From: Candidatus Aminicenantes bacterium
GTDB taxonomy: Bacteria > Acidobacteriota > Aminicenantia > Aminicenantales > JAFGBC01
Reading direction: 5' to 3'
Length of the DNA stretch: 64,000 nucleotides
Assembly (NCBI GenBank): GCA_963702005.1
Contig: OY969696.1
Span: 2,144,001 to 2,208,000, forward strand
Both the position numbers and the translations under genes were made by a program. Positions within the stretch are counted from its first letter, which is position 1, and every line of letters begins with the position of its first letter. The notes beneath the pieces are model-generated. The model was given only the letters and a program-made list of their open reading frames with translations, did not search any database and was not told where the DNA came from. Below, one piece after another: positions 28,029 through 37,392 of the stretch.

Positions 28029-28991
28029 TCAGGCGCCGTTCCGCTTTCGCATCCGGAACGTGATCTTGCGGCTTTTAAAAATGGTGACCCGTCCGCCGAT
28101 CGGGATGGCCATCGGGTCCCGGCTGACGCCGTGGCCGAAGTTGGAAACGGCCAGGATCGGAAGCGGGTAGCCCTGGCGCCGTCTCCAGCGGATGATATCG
28201 TCGAGGTAGGTGAGGACGAAGGCCCGCGCTTCGTTCTGGCTCTTCCGGTCGTGGGCGTTCTTGCCGTAGGGGATGAGGGAGCCGATGACGAGACCGCGGA
28301 CTCTGCGGAAGATGTTATGGCGGCGCAGGGCGGCCAGCAGCCTGTGGACGTCCTCGACGTCGATCTGGACATCTTCGAAAAAAAGGATGTGGCGTTTCCA
28401 GTTGAACTTGGGCGGCTCCTTCCGGTTCAGGAAGTTGACGAAGGTCGACAGGTTCCCGCCGATCGGGATCCCCGAGAAGCGCCGGACCGGGGGCGCCGTC
28501 AGCCAGGCCGATCCCTGGTAGTGGATCTCCTCCCCCGAGATGAGGGACAGGACCTTATTGATGCGCCCGCCCCCCAGCTGGAGGGAGGGGAAGTAGATCA
28601 GGGGGACCCGGGAATGATAGTAGATTTCGTTGAGAAGGAAGGTGAAGTCCGAGAAGCCGACGATGAGGGGGCGACGCTCCCGGATGACCCGGAAATCCTT
28701 TCCGTCGATCTTGAAGGCCAGGTCCTCGGCGCCCGTCCCGCCCGCGACCGATACGACGAGATCATAGTCCCGGACGGCCCGCTTGAAGTCATCGGACCGC
28801 TGCTCGGCCGAGGCCGAAACGTGCTCGATCTGGTCGTCGCTCGAGAAGAGGTACTCGCTGAAGGCGATGTCCTTGACGCCCAGGAATTTCTTGAGGCGGC
28901 TGCGGGTCCGGAGCAGGGCGCTCCGGTCGTTACGAGACAGACAGGTCGAGGGGGCGATGAAAATAGCTTTGTCGAAGGAGTGAGCGTTCAT
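28029..28991 (-). CDS. LD-carboxypeptidase (S66 family)
   Basis: IAPS, GGTGA, VGFSD (Ser), GGNL, FEDV (Glu), NFGH (His). Confidence 0.82.
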   Translation of the reverse strand: MNAHSFDKAIFIAPSTCLSRNDRSALLRTRSRLKKFLGVKDIAFSEYLFSSDDQIEHVSASAEQRSDDFKRAVRDYDLVVSVAGGTGAEDLAFKIDGKDFRVIRERRPLIVGFSDFTFLLNEIYYHSRVPLIYFPSLQLGGGRINKVLSLISGEEIHYQGSAWLTAPPVRRFSGIPIGGNLSTFVNFLNRKEPPKFNWKRHILFFEDVQIDVEDVHRLLAALRRHNIFRRVRGLVIGSLIPYGKNAHDRKSQNEARAFVLTYLDDIIRWRRRQGYPLPILAVSNFGHGVSRDPMAIPIGGRVTIFKSRKITFRMRKRNGA

Positions 28992-29213
28992 GGCCCTCGA
29001 AGAAAGACATACATTAGCAAAAAAGGGTCCGGTTTTCAATGATCTAAATAACGCAGTTTTAGCGCGGCCGGGTCCGAAAAGAAGACGGCAGGAGGAGGGA
29101 GAGACGCCCTGTTCGCCTAATTGTTCTCCATGTCGGCGCTAGCTGACAGGGACTTAAAGGCCCCTCCCAGCGTGGAAAATCACGGCGCCGCGGGGATAAA
29201 TAAAAAATCCGGC

Positions 29214-30659
29214 TCAGTTCAAGGTTTCGAGGGGCTTGTAGAGTTTTTTGAGGGCCTTGAGCTCGATCTGGCGGATGCGCTCCCGAGTCAGGTTGAAGTA
29301 CTGGCCGACCTCCTCGAGCGTCCGCTCCTGGCCGTCGTCCAGGCCGTAGCGCATGCGGAGGATCCGCATCTCCCTGTCGTTGAGGGTTTTGAGGGCCGCT
29401 TCGATATGTTCCCGGAGATTGATGTGGATGACCGCGTCGGGCGGGGAGGGGAGGGTCTTATCCTCGAGGAAATCGGCCAAGCTGCTCTCCCCGCTGTCGC
29501 CGATCCGGGTTTCGATCGAGACCGGCTCCTGGGTGTTCCTGAGCATCTCGCTGACCTTGCTGACCGGGAACCCGGACTTGCGGGCCAGGTCCTCCGTGGT
29601 CGCCTCTTTCCCGTTCTTCTTGAGGATTTCCTGGGCGGCCCGAGACAGGCGCTGGAGCGTTTCGACCATGTGGACGGGGACCCGGATGGTCCGGGCCTGG
29701 TCGGCGATCGCCCGGGTGATGGATTGGCGGATCCACCAAGTCGCGTAGGTCGAGAACTTATGGCCGCGGCGGTAGTCGAACTTATCGACGGCCCGCATCA
29801 GCCCGATATTCCCCTCCTGGATGAGATCCAGGAAATGGAGGCCCCGGTTCTGGTAGTGCTTGGCGATGGAGACGACGAGCCTCAGGTTGGCCGCGATCAT
29901 CTCTTGCTTGGCTTCGTCGCGGGCCCGCTTGCTTTCCCCGATGAGCTTGAGGAGTTTCCGGGCGTGGACTCGACGGGATTTGGGGCCCCGGAATCGCGCG
30001 GCCATAAGCTCAGACTGCAGGCTGACGACGAAGTCCTCGACGCCGTCGGGCTTGAGGTCGAGTTGCTTGAAGAGGCCCATCATGCGGACGACCAGACGTC
30101 CCCTGGCCATCCGGTTCTTGGCGGCGGGCCTGATCCGCTTGAGCCGTCGTTCAAGACCGTTGAGGGCCTTCAGGATCTCAAGAACGGCCTTGTGCCGCCG
30201 GGCCAATCCGGCTTCCTCGAACTCGTCCTCATTCAGATGGAAGCCTTTTTTGACCGCATCCGGAGATGTCTTGACCATGGCCTCGAGGGCTCTGAGCTCG
30301 TCCATGGTACGGGGGCTCCGGGCCAGGGCTTTGAGGATCCCTTTCTGGCCCTTCTCGATCTTCTTGGCCAGGAGGACTTCTTCCTCCTTGCTCAAGAGAA
30401 GGATGCTCCCCATCTCCCGGAGGTAGAGGCGGACGAGGTCGGTCGTCTGCTCGGACTCACCCGGGGGAGGCCCCGCCTGGGGCTGGGCCGGCTTGGGCCG
30501 CGGCTCCTCGTCGGGGAGGGGCATTCCGAAGGCGGAGTCCTCCCAGGATTCCTCTTGGGAAGCCAACGGAGAGGGTAGGCCCTCTAGGGGGAGAGATTCC
30601 TGGGCTCGAACCTCGGCCTCGAACAAGGCCTCGTTCGTATATTTCTGATCCTTGGACAT
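29214..30659 (-). CDS. RpoD/SigA-like sigma-70 factor
   Basis: Region 1.2 [11 protein letters not shown], region 2 [11 protein letters not shown]...[12 protein letters not shown], region 4 TLEEVG...TRERIRQIE. Confidence 0.92.
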   Translation of the reverse strand: MSKDQKYTNEALFEAEVRAQESLPLEGLPSPLASQEESWEDSAFGMPLPDEEPRPKPAQPQAGPPPGESEQTTDLVRLYLREMGSILLLSKEEEVLLAKKIEKGQKGILKALARSPRTMDELRALEAMVKTSPDAVKKGFHLNEDEFEEAGLARRHKAVLEILKALNGLERRLKRIRPAAKNRMARGRLVVRMMGLFKQLDLKPDGVEDFVVSLQSELMAARFRGPKSRRVHARKLLKLIGESKRARDEAKQEMIAANLRLVVSIAKHYQNRGLHFLDLIQEGNIGLMRAVDKFDYRRGHKFSTYATWWIRQSITRAIADQARTIRVPVHMVETLQRLSRAAQEILKKNGKEATTEDLARKSGFPVSKVSEMLRNTQEPVSIETRIGDSGESSLADFLEDKTLPSPPDAVIHINLREHIEAALKTLNDREMRILRMRYGLDDGQERTLEEVGQYFNLTRERIRQIELKALKKLYKPLETLN

Positions 30660-30723
30660 TGTCTTCTCCTGACCTCTTTATCAATCATATGGGATAACTC
30701 ATGTTAATCGAATTTGGTTTCAA

Positions 30724-30752
30724 ATAATACGAGGAAATTGTTTCAAATGCAA
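30724..30752 (-). promoter_or_regulatory. sigma70 promoter of the RpoD-like gene
   Basis: Minus strand TTGCAT-N17-TATTAT with an A-rich upstream (UP-like) tract. Confidence 0.6.
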
Positions 30753-30787
30753 GCATTTTTTTTACATTTTTCGAGGCTGGCCGCCCC

Positions 30788-31828
30788 TTAAAACCGGCAG
30801 GAGCCGCCGTGTTTTTCGTAATATCTCTGGTGGTAGTCCTCGGCCCGGGTGAACGTCGCGGCCGGGACGACCTGGGTCACGATCGGCTTAGGAAATCGTC
30901 CGGACGCCGCCAAGCCGGCCATAGCCTCGAGCGCCTGCCGGCGCTGGTCCTCGCCGTGAGCGAAAATGGCCGAGCGGTACTGAGTTCCTGTGTCCGGGCC
31001 CTGACGGTCGAGCTGAGTGGGGTCGTGGATGCGGAAAAAGACATCCAGGAGCTCCCTGTAGCTGACCCGTGAGGGATCGAAACGGACCTCGACGGCTTCG
31101 GCGTGGCCGGTCTGGTCCGTACAGACTTCCTGGTAGGTCGGATGGTCGGTCCGGCCGCCCGTGTAGCCGACTTGGGTGTCGACGACGCCCGGGACCCGGC
31201 GGAACTCGGCTTCGACGCCCCAGAAACATCCCGCCGCGAAAGTCGCGATTTCGGCCTTCGTTTCCGGGGCGACCGGGGCCGACCCCTCCGCCCGGCCGTC
31301 GGCGGAGCGACCGTCCGGCCGGAAATCCAGGGCCGCCGAATTGATGCAGTAGTGGAGGCGCGAAGGAGCCGGCCCGTCGTCGAAGACGTGCCCTAAGTGG
31401 CCTCCGCAGACGGCGCAGCGGACCTCGGTCCTCTTCATCAGGAAGGAACGGTCCTCCCGGAACTCGAGCTTGGAGAGGTCGATCGGCTCGAAAAAGCTGG
31501 GCCAGCCCGTCCCGTGCTCGTACTTGGCCTTCGAGGAGAAGAGAGGGGTCCCGCAACCGGCGCAGAGATAGGTCCCTTCCTTCCAGAAATCATTGAACTT
31601 GCCGCTGAACGCGGGCTCCGTCCCGCACATCCTCAGGACTTTATACTGATCCGGCGTCAGCGTCGTCTTCCAATCCTGGTCCTTTTTGGGGGTTTTGTCG
31701 TTCATGGTCCTTCCTTCGCGGGCCGCGATGCGCCCCGGGTGAGGGGCGCCCGTGACCAAGGCGTTGAAAGCGGCCCAGCCGGCCGCCGTTCCCGCCGCAA
31801 TGATCAGGGACGCGACGATTTTACGCAT
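30788..31828 (-). CDS. msrAB: Bifunctional methionine sulfoxide reductase MsrB-MsrA with N-terminal export signal
   Basis: GTEPAF, GWPSF, GHLGHVF and HYCINS (MsrB); AGCFWGVE, GHAEAV and AEDYHQ (MsrA). Confidence 0.95.
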   Translation of the reverse strand: MRKIVASLIIAAGTAAGWAAFNALVTGAPHPGRIAAREGRTMNDKTPKKDQDWKTTLTPDQYKVLRMCGTEPAFSGKFNDFWKEGTYLCAGCGTPLFSSKAKYEHGTGWPSFFEPIDLSKLEFREDRSFLMKRTEVRCAVCGGHLGHVFDDGPAPSRLHYCINSAALDFRPDGRSADGRAEGSAPVAPETKAEIATFAAGCFWGVEAEFRRVPGVVDTQVGYTGGRTDHPTYQEVCTDQTGHAEAVEVRFDPSRVSYRELLDVFFRIHDPTQLDRQGPDTGTQYRSAIFAHGEDQRRQALEAMAGLAASGRFPKPIVTQVVPAATFTRAEDYHQRYYEKHGGSCRF

Positions 31829-31953
31829 GGTCCGTGGCCTCCTTCCAAACCTACTATTCCCATAGGAACATTATAGTAGTATTTTAATAAAAAGCAAGAG
31901 GGGCCGGCTTCGCCCGGCAGGGGAGCCTCCCCGGCCCAGCCCGTCATTTTCTC

Positions 31954-31984
31954 TTGACTTTTCGGACTTATTTTGTGCTAAACT
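31954..31984 (+). promoter_or_regulatory. Putative promoter upstream of the candidate sRNA
   Basis: TTGACT at 31954 and an extended -10 TG-C-TAAACT at 31976-31984. Confidence 0.5.
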
Positions 31985-31990
31985 AATATC

Positions 31991-32060
31991 GCTGGCTGGA
32001 GAGGGATCCTCCTTAGCCCCGCTTCCTTTTCCTTTCAACCTTGGCGCCTCGCCAGCCAGC
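31991..32060 (+). ncRNA. Candidate ~70-nt small RNA (closing stem with a CU-rich loop)
   Basis: GCTGGCTGG-A-GAGG pairs with CCTC-G-CCAGCCAGC; the loop contains TCCTCCTT and TTCCTTTTCCTTT; followed by TAAATTTATTTTT. Confidence 0.45.
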
Positions 32061-32179
32061 TAAATTTATTTTTCCCTCCGAAAATACAAAGCTCCTGGTG
32101 GCGGTGGCCTTTTCTCGAGCCGTGTCTAAATGGTTGTTCGGGACGGGGCGTATAATACATAAACGCGGGTTTTTATGTC

Positions 32180-33775
32180 ATGCGGAATAAGTCGAACCCG
32201 AGGCTGACAAACGTCCCATCCGCTCTTGAGTTGACCCTGGCCACGGTCATGATCCTGGCGGCGGCGGCCTGCAGCCGGGTCGGCACGCCCCGCCAGGCGC
32301 CCGACCGGCGACAAGACCAGGTCTTGCTGGAAGAAGCGAACCGACTCAAGGAGCGGGCCAGCTTCGTCTCGCTGAAGAAGGCCTTCGCTCTTTTTGAAGG
32401 CCTGTCGACCCGGCCGTCTCTTCGGGACGCAGCGCTGGTTCCTTACTTGGAAACGTCTCTCCTGCTGGCCGTCCGCGGCAAGGACCTGGGGATCGGCGAT
32501 TCCGTTCCCCTCGCTGTCGCCGAGCGGCTCATCCGGGGCCATCGCGTCCTCTCCCGATTCCGGCCGTTTTTCGATATCGCCGTCCTCCTTCCGGTCAAAA
32601 CCAAGGGCGTCCTAACCGACATCGACAACAAGTTCAGCTGGGTACGGTTGGGGGAGGATCTTCAACCTCAGGAGCCCTTGATCAGACAAATGGCCGCTAC
32701 CGACGAGTTCGCGGCCTATCTTTATGCGGCTTGGATCTGCGACCGTTTCGATTACGGGAAAATCGAGAGCCTTGCCGAAATCTTCGCCCGTTATCCGGCC
32801 TCGAAGCCCCTCCTTTACAAAGCCGCGACCTCGATCCAATCCGTCGACTCGGCCGCCCTCCGGAAGCTCATCGACCTTGATCCGGAGTTCTACGAAGCCC
32901 ATTATTACTTGGGACAGGCGGCTTTGGAAAAAGGCCTGCTTCTCGAATCCGAGACCGAGTTCCTGAAATCCTACGCTGGGATCCCGGAATCTCCCGAAAC
33001 CCGGATCCTCCTGGCCAGCATTTATTTCGCGACCGAGGAGACCGAGAAGAGCCTCGAATTCTACGAAAGGACCCTCGAGATCGCGCCCGAGTACCGGGAC
33101 GCCATCCTGGGCAAGGCCATCTGTTTGTCTTCCCTGGGCCGGAACGCCGAAGCCATCGCCGTCCTGGAGAAAAACCTGTCCCTCGGCTATTGGCTCCTGG
33201 GCGAGACTCATTTCTGGCTGGCCTGGAACTGGCATGAGCTTAAGGACAACGCCAAGGCCGCCGTCCATATCGAGGAGGCCAAGAGCCGCCTGGGGACGGC
33301 CAGCGAGGTCTTCAGCCTGTCCGGGACAATCCAGCTCGAACTCGGGGACTCGGGCCGGGCCGAAAGAGATTTCAGGGAGGCGCTCAACTTTAACGGTGTC
33401 AATACCGAAGCCCTGCTCGGGCTCGGCCAGCTGTTCGCCAAGAGAGAGATCTGGGCCGAGTCGGGCGAATGGTATCTGAAGGCCGGAAACGCCTGCGAAG
33501 CGACGGCGGAGGCGGTCAGGATCAAGATCAGCGAGATCGAGGATTCCAGCCTCCCTCCGGACCGGAAAAACGCGCTCCTCAAGAAGAAAAGGGCCCAGCT
33601 CGAAGGCCATCTCCAGTCCCGGGCCATGGCGTTCTACCTGGCCGCCGCGACCCTCGCCAACGCCGGCCGGACGGCGGACGCGCTAGGGGCGGCCGAAAAG
33701 GCGGCCGGCCACCCTCTCTATAAGCAAAAAGCCGATGAGCTCGCGGCCAAGATCAAGTCCATGAGGGAGAGATAA
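32180..33775 (+). CDS. TPR-repeat (lipo)protein
   Basis: TPR units (EAHYYLG, DAILGKA, EALLGLG); possible lipobox LAAAAC. Confidence 0.85.
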   Translation: MRNKSNPRLTNVPSALELTLATVMILAAAACSRVGTPRQAPDRRQDQVLLEEANRLKERASFVSLKKAFALFEGLSTRPSLRDAALVPYLETSLLLAVRGKDLGIGDSVPLAVAERLIRGHRVLSRFRPFFDIAVLLPVKTKGVLTDIDNKFSWVRLGEDLQPQEPLIRQMAATDEFAAYLYAAWICDRFDYGKIESLAEIFARYPASKPLLYKAATSIQSVDSAALRKLIDLDPEFYEAHYYLGQAALEKGLLLESETEFLKSYAGIPESPETRILLASIYFATEETEKSLEFYERTLEIAPEYRDAILGKAICLSSLGRNAEAIAVLEKNLSLGYWLLGETHFWLAWNWHELKDNAKAAVHIEEAKSRLGTASEVFSLSGTIQLELGDSGRAERDFREALNFNGVNTEALLGLGQLFAKREIWAESGEWYLKAGNACEATAEAVRIKISEIEDSSLPPDRKNALLKKKRAQLEGHLQSRAMAFYLAAATLANAGRTADALGAAEKAAGHPLYKQKADELAAKIKSMRER

Positions 33776-33819
33776 ACGCGCGGCCGAGGGAGGGCGTAAT
33801 AATTCACGGAATCGGAAAC

Positions 33820-34380
33820 ATGGAAGCCGTGGACGAACGGACCCTCGTCGAGCGCGGTCTGCTCGGAGAGGCCGAGGAGTTCAAGAAGATCGTGGACGCC
33901 TACAGCCCGCCGCTCTTGGCCCTGGCCCTCAACATCCTGGGGAACAGGGAGGACGCCGAGGACGCCTGCCAGGAGACGTTTCTGAGGGCTTTTCATCACA
34001 GGGATTCCTTCGACGTCGAACGAAGCCTCAGGAACTGGCTGATGACCATCCTTTATCGGCGCTGTCTGGATCACCTCAAGAAAAGGAAGCGCTTCAGGGG
34101 CTTCGTCAACCGGTCGGCCTGGAATTCGCCGAATCCCGTCCACAGACTCCCGGCCGCTCCCGATCCCGGTCCGAAGCCGCTGCCGCCCCGGCTCCTCGAG
34201 TTTCTGACCCCGCGGGAAAGGACGGCCCTTTCGCTCTGGGCGAATGAGGACTATACGGCCGAAGAGATCGCCCGGGTCATCGCCTGCTCGGCGAGCACGG
34301 CCCGCGTCTACCTCTTCAACGCCCGCAAGAAGATCAAGGCTTTTCTGGAGAAGGACCATGTGGCGATGCAAACTCGTTGA
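33820..34380 (+). CDS. ECF sigma-70 factor
   Basis: DAEDACQETFLRA, WLMTI, EEIARVI...STARVYLFNARKK. Confidence 0.92.
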   Translation: MEAVDERTLVERGLLGEAEEFKKIVDAYSPPLLALALNILGNREDAEDACQETFLRAFHHRDSFDVERSLRNWLMTILYRRCLDHLKKRKRFRGFVNRSAWNSPNPVHRLPAAPDPGPKPLPPRLLEFLTPRERTALSLWANEDYTAEEIARVIACSASTARVYLFNARKKIKAFLEKDHVAMQTR

Positions 34381-34834
34381 CATCCTGGACCGCCTTGTTC
34401 CATTGAAGGCCTGGCGGGGCTATCTGATCGAGAAACACCGGGAACGTTGTCCCCGCTGCCTGGCGCTTCTGGCCAGCCGCGAAGAAGCCCGGCGGTTTCT
34501 GGTCCGGGCCGATGATGTCGTCCCGGGCTTGGACCTCTGGCCGTCTCTCCGGAAGGCGCTCGCCCGAACGCAGCCTCTCGGCGGGCCCGCGGCCGCCGTT
34601 CCGGCCTTTGTCCGGAAGCGGGCGCTCGCCCTTGCCGGAGCGGTCCTGTTGGCCGTTTTCGGCCTCTGGTTTCTCAGGTCCGGGATCTCGGTCCGGACGG
34701 ACCGGACCGCGGCCTCTTCGGACGATGGATTCAAGATCAACTACATCCGGATCGGAGGCGAGCCGGCCACGGCTTATATCTATCAGCCCAAGGGGACGGA
34801 CATGGTCGTCGTCTGGGCGGAGAGGAATCCATGA
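34358..34834 (+). CDS. Putative zinc-binding membrane anti-sigma factor
   Basis: HRERCPRC (HxxxCxxC), one TM helix; overlaps the ECF stop. Confidence 0.75.
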   Translation: MWRCKLVDILDRLVPLKAWRGYLIEKHRERCPRCLALLASREEARRFLVRADDVVPGLDLWPSLRKALARTQPLGGPAAAVPAFVRKRALALAGAVLLAVFGLWFLRSGISVRTDRTAASSDDGFKINYIRIGGEPATAYIYQPKGTDMVVVWAERNP

Positions 34835-34857
34835 CTATAATTTTAGGAGGCGGTGAT

Positions 34858-36552
34858 ATGAATAAAAACAAAAAAGGAAAACTGCTGGGAATGATCTTCC
34901 TGCTGGCCGCGGCCGGGAGCTTGGCCGCCGTCGAGCCGGGACAGGATCTCGGAATGGCCGTAAGGCTCGGCCAATGGGAGATGAAGCTCAGGGTTTTCGA
35001 AGGCGTCAAAGAGGGAGCCGTCGAGCCGACCAAGGTCGTCACGGCCTCCTTCCTGAAATACACCTTCTCGGCTACGATCGAATCCGAGCTCGAGCTGGAG
35101 GCGGAACGGGAGCAGGTCCGAAAGGTCTTCAACCTCAAGGAGGTCCGGCTCCTGACCGAGTCCGAGCTGAGCTGGAGGGAAGGCTTGCCCGAGACGGTCG
35201 CCCAGGTTTTTCGCCTGGATCATAAAGAGTACCAGGTCCGGATGACGACGGCGCGGGTGGTGGGCCGGATGCCCTTCCGGATCGAAGTCTTTGAGCAGGG
35301 CGAGAAGGAAAAGGTGAGCCTCCTGGACACGGAGTTCAACCTGACCAAGACCAAGAAAAATTTCGTCGTGTTCGGGTTTGAGAACAGCCAGGGACAACCT
35401 TATTTTATCTCGCTCCGCATCCTCGGTTTCATGCCCAGCGAGGCGAAAAAGGGCGAGCCGGTTAAAGCCGTAGGTACGATCCAATCCCCCAAGCTTGTTA
35501 AAATGGTCAACCCCGCCTATCCCGAGGAGGCTAAAAAAGCCGGGGTTGAGGGCATCGTCATTCTCGAAGCCACGACCAACGAGGATGGACGCGTCGTCGA
35601 CGCCAAGGTCCTAAAATCCCTCGATCCGGCTCTCGACCAGGCCGCGCTGGATGCCGTTAAGCAGTGGGTCTACGAGCCGAAGGTCATTGACGGGAAGCGC
35701 CGGGGGATCACGTTCACCGCGACGGTGAGATTTGCTCTCGACAAAGGTAAATCTACGAAGGGCGGAGTCGAGAGCGGAGTTAAGGGCGGCGTTGAAGGGG
35801 GCGTTGTCGGGGGCGTTTTAGGCGGCGTCGGGAAAGAGGAAATCCAAAAGAAGCTCGACGAATTCGCGAAGGGCGCCGTCCCCTGCAAAGGCGATATCAA
35901 GCCTCCCAAACTTCTCAAAGAAGTTCTCCCCGTCTATCCCGAAGAGGCCAGGAAGAATGGCATCGAGGGCATCGTCATCCTCTCGGCCAGGACGGATGAA
36001 TACGGCCGCGTCGCGGATACGTTCATCCTTAGGTCCATCCCCGCGCTGGATGAGGCCGCTCAAACCGCGGTCAAACAATGGGTCTACGAGCCGATGCTGA
36101 TCAACGGGAAGGCGACGCCAGTCCTCTTCACCGTGACCGTCCGCTTTCAGTTGGATGGGAAGGGCAAGAAAGGATCGGCCGAGACCGCGTTGAGCATAAT
36201 GACGGCCGAGGATGCTGTTAAAAAGGAGCTCCTGACCGACTCCGAGCTCCGGGACTTCGCTCAGGGCGCGGTCGTCGTCAAGGGCGACGCCGAGATGCCC
36301 AAAAAGGTCCACTCCGTCTCTCCCCAATACCCCCATAAGGCCATGATAAACAGAGTCGAGGGCGTCGTGATCTTGCTCGTGAAGATCGACGCGCAGGGCA
36401 ACGTGGTCGCTCAGAAAACGATACTCTCCATTCCCGTCCTGGACCAGGGCGCGATCGATGCCGTCAAACAATGGAAATATGAACCCCTCATGAAGGACGG
36501 CAAACCCGTTCCCGCCGTCTTCCCGGTGACGGTCGCCTTCAAATTGATATAG
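34858..36552 (+). CDS. TonB family protein with three TonB C-terminal domains
   Basis: Three YP..A....(V/I)EG.V.L...A..AVKQW.YEP units, a GGVEGGVVGGVLGG linker and an N-terminal signal/anchor. Confidence 0.88.
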   Translation: MNKNKKGKLLGMIFLLAAAGSLAAVEPGQDLGMAVRLGQWEMKLRVFEGVKEGAVEPTKVVTASFLKYTFSATIESELELEAEREQVRKVFNLKEVRLLTESELSWREGLPETVAQVFRLDHKEYQVRMTTARVVGRMPFRIEVFEQGEKEKVSLLDTEFNLTKTKKNFVVFGFENSQGQPYFISLRILGFMPSEAKKGEPVKAVGTIQSPKLVKMVNPAYPEEAKKAGVEGIVILEATTNEDGRVVDAKVLKSLDPALDQAALDAVKQWVYEPKVIDGKRRGITFTATVRFALDKGKSTKGGVESGVKGGVEGGVVGGVLGGVGKEEIQKKLDEFAKGAVPCKGDIKPPKLLKEVLPVYPEEARKNGIEGIVILSARTDEYGRVADTFILRSIPALDEAAQTAVKQWVYEPMLINGKATPVLFTVTVRFQLDGKGKKGSAETALSIMTAEDAVKKELLTDSELRDFAQGAVVVKGDAEMPKKVHSVSPQYPHKAMINRVEGVVILLVKIDAQGNVVAQKTILSIPVLDQGAIDAVKQWKYEPLMKDGKPVPAVFPVTVAFKLI

Positions 36553-37380
36553 CTATGAGCCGAGCAGGCTGTGGGGAATAAGGTAGACTAAAAGCGTCGC
36601 GATCGAAGCGGCCAGGATCCATCCCCTGGCCGGCCGGCTTTTCCGCCCCGCGACGAGAGCCGCGGCCCAGAGGCCGATGATGGCCAGGGTTTTTGTGTCG
36701 GTGAGGTCGTTTCCCAAAGGCAATCCGGTCCAGAAGGCGCCGAAGGCCAGTTTTTGTACAATCGGACCGAGAATCATTCCGCCCGCGAATAGGAGCCCAA
36801 ACGCCCGGATCGCGAAGGCGCGCGCTTTCCGGCCGCGCGCCGCCGCTTCCAGGCCGGCCCGGGTCGAGAAGATCATGCCCGCGAACATGATCAGGACGTG
36901 GGCGATGAGGACGGCGGCCGGAACGGCGCCCTTGAAACGGATGACGACAGCCGTTTCACCGCTGAGCGAGGTCTCACGTCCCTCCCGCGACAGGATGACC
37001 CGGTATTCGAGCTTGCCCGTCCGAGGCTGCTTGGGCAGAAGTCCCGTCAAGAACTCGCCCCGCCTGTCCATTGAAACGACGAGAGGCGGCTTAGCGCTCC
37101 CCAGGGGCTTGAACTCGAGACGTCCGGACACGGCCGGATCCGGGACGCGGACATGGATCTCGAAGTCGCGGACCGATCCCGCGCTCCGGGGGAGACGGAA
37201 GGAGACGGCCCCGGCCCCGATCACGGCTTGGCCCCGGACGGGATAAGTGGGTCCCGTCACGCGCTGGTAGAAGGCCGAACCGATCGTGATCAGCCCGGCC
37301 AGGAGCCAAAGCGCGGTTGTTTTAATGGCGGTCCCTTTCCTTTCCGGTCGTTCGTCGGCCGAGGTGATCCGCAACGCCAC
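36553..37380 (-). CDS. Hypothetical membrane protein
   Basis: YQRVTGPTYP, multiple TM helices, DLTDTKT, YLIPHS. Confidence 0.8.
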   Translation of the reverse strand: MALRITSADERPERKGTAIKTTALWLLAGLITIGSAFYQRVTGPTYPVRGQAVIGAGAVSFRLPRSAGSVRDFEIHVRVPDPAVSGRLEFKPLGSAKPPLVVSMDRRGEFLTGLLPKQPRTGKLEYRVILSREGRETSLSGETAVVIRFKGAVPAAVLIAHVLIMFAGMIFSTRAGLEAAARGRKARAFAIRAFGLLFAGGMILGPIVQKLAFGAFWTGLPLGNDLTDTKTLAIIGLWAAALVAGRKSRPARGWILAASIATLLVYLIPHSLLGS

Positions 37381-37392
37381 GGGGCTCCCGCC

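Noticed and set aside
31200-31240. Possible selenocysteine in the MsrA or MsrB active sites
   Set aside because: Both are encoded with ordinary Cys (GCFWG, YCINS); there is no in-frame TGA.
35760-35830. GGCGG-rich repeats in the TonB gene
   Set aside because: They encode the GGVxGGV linker common in TonB proteins and are not a DNA-level element.
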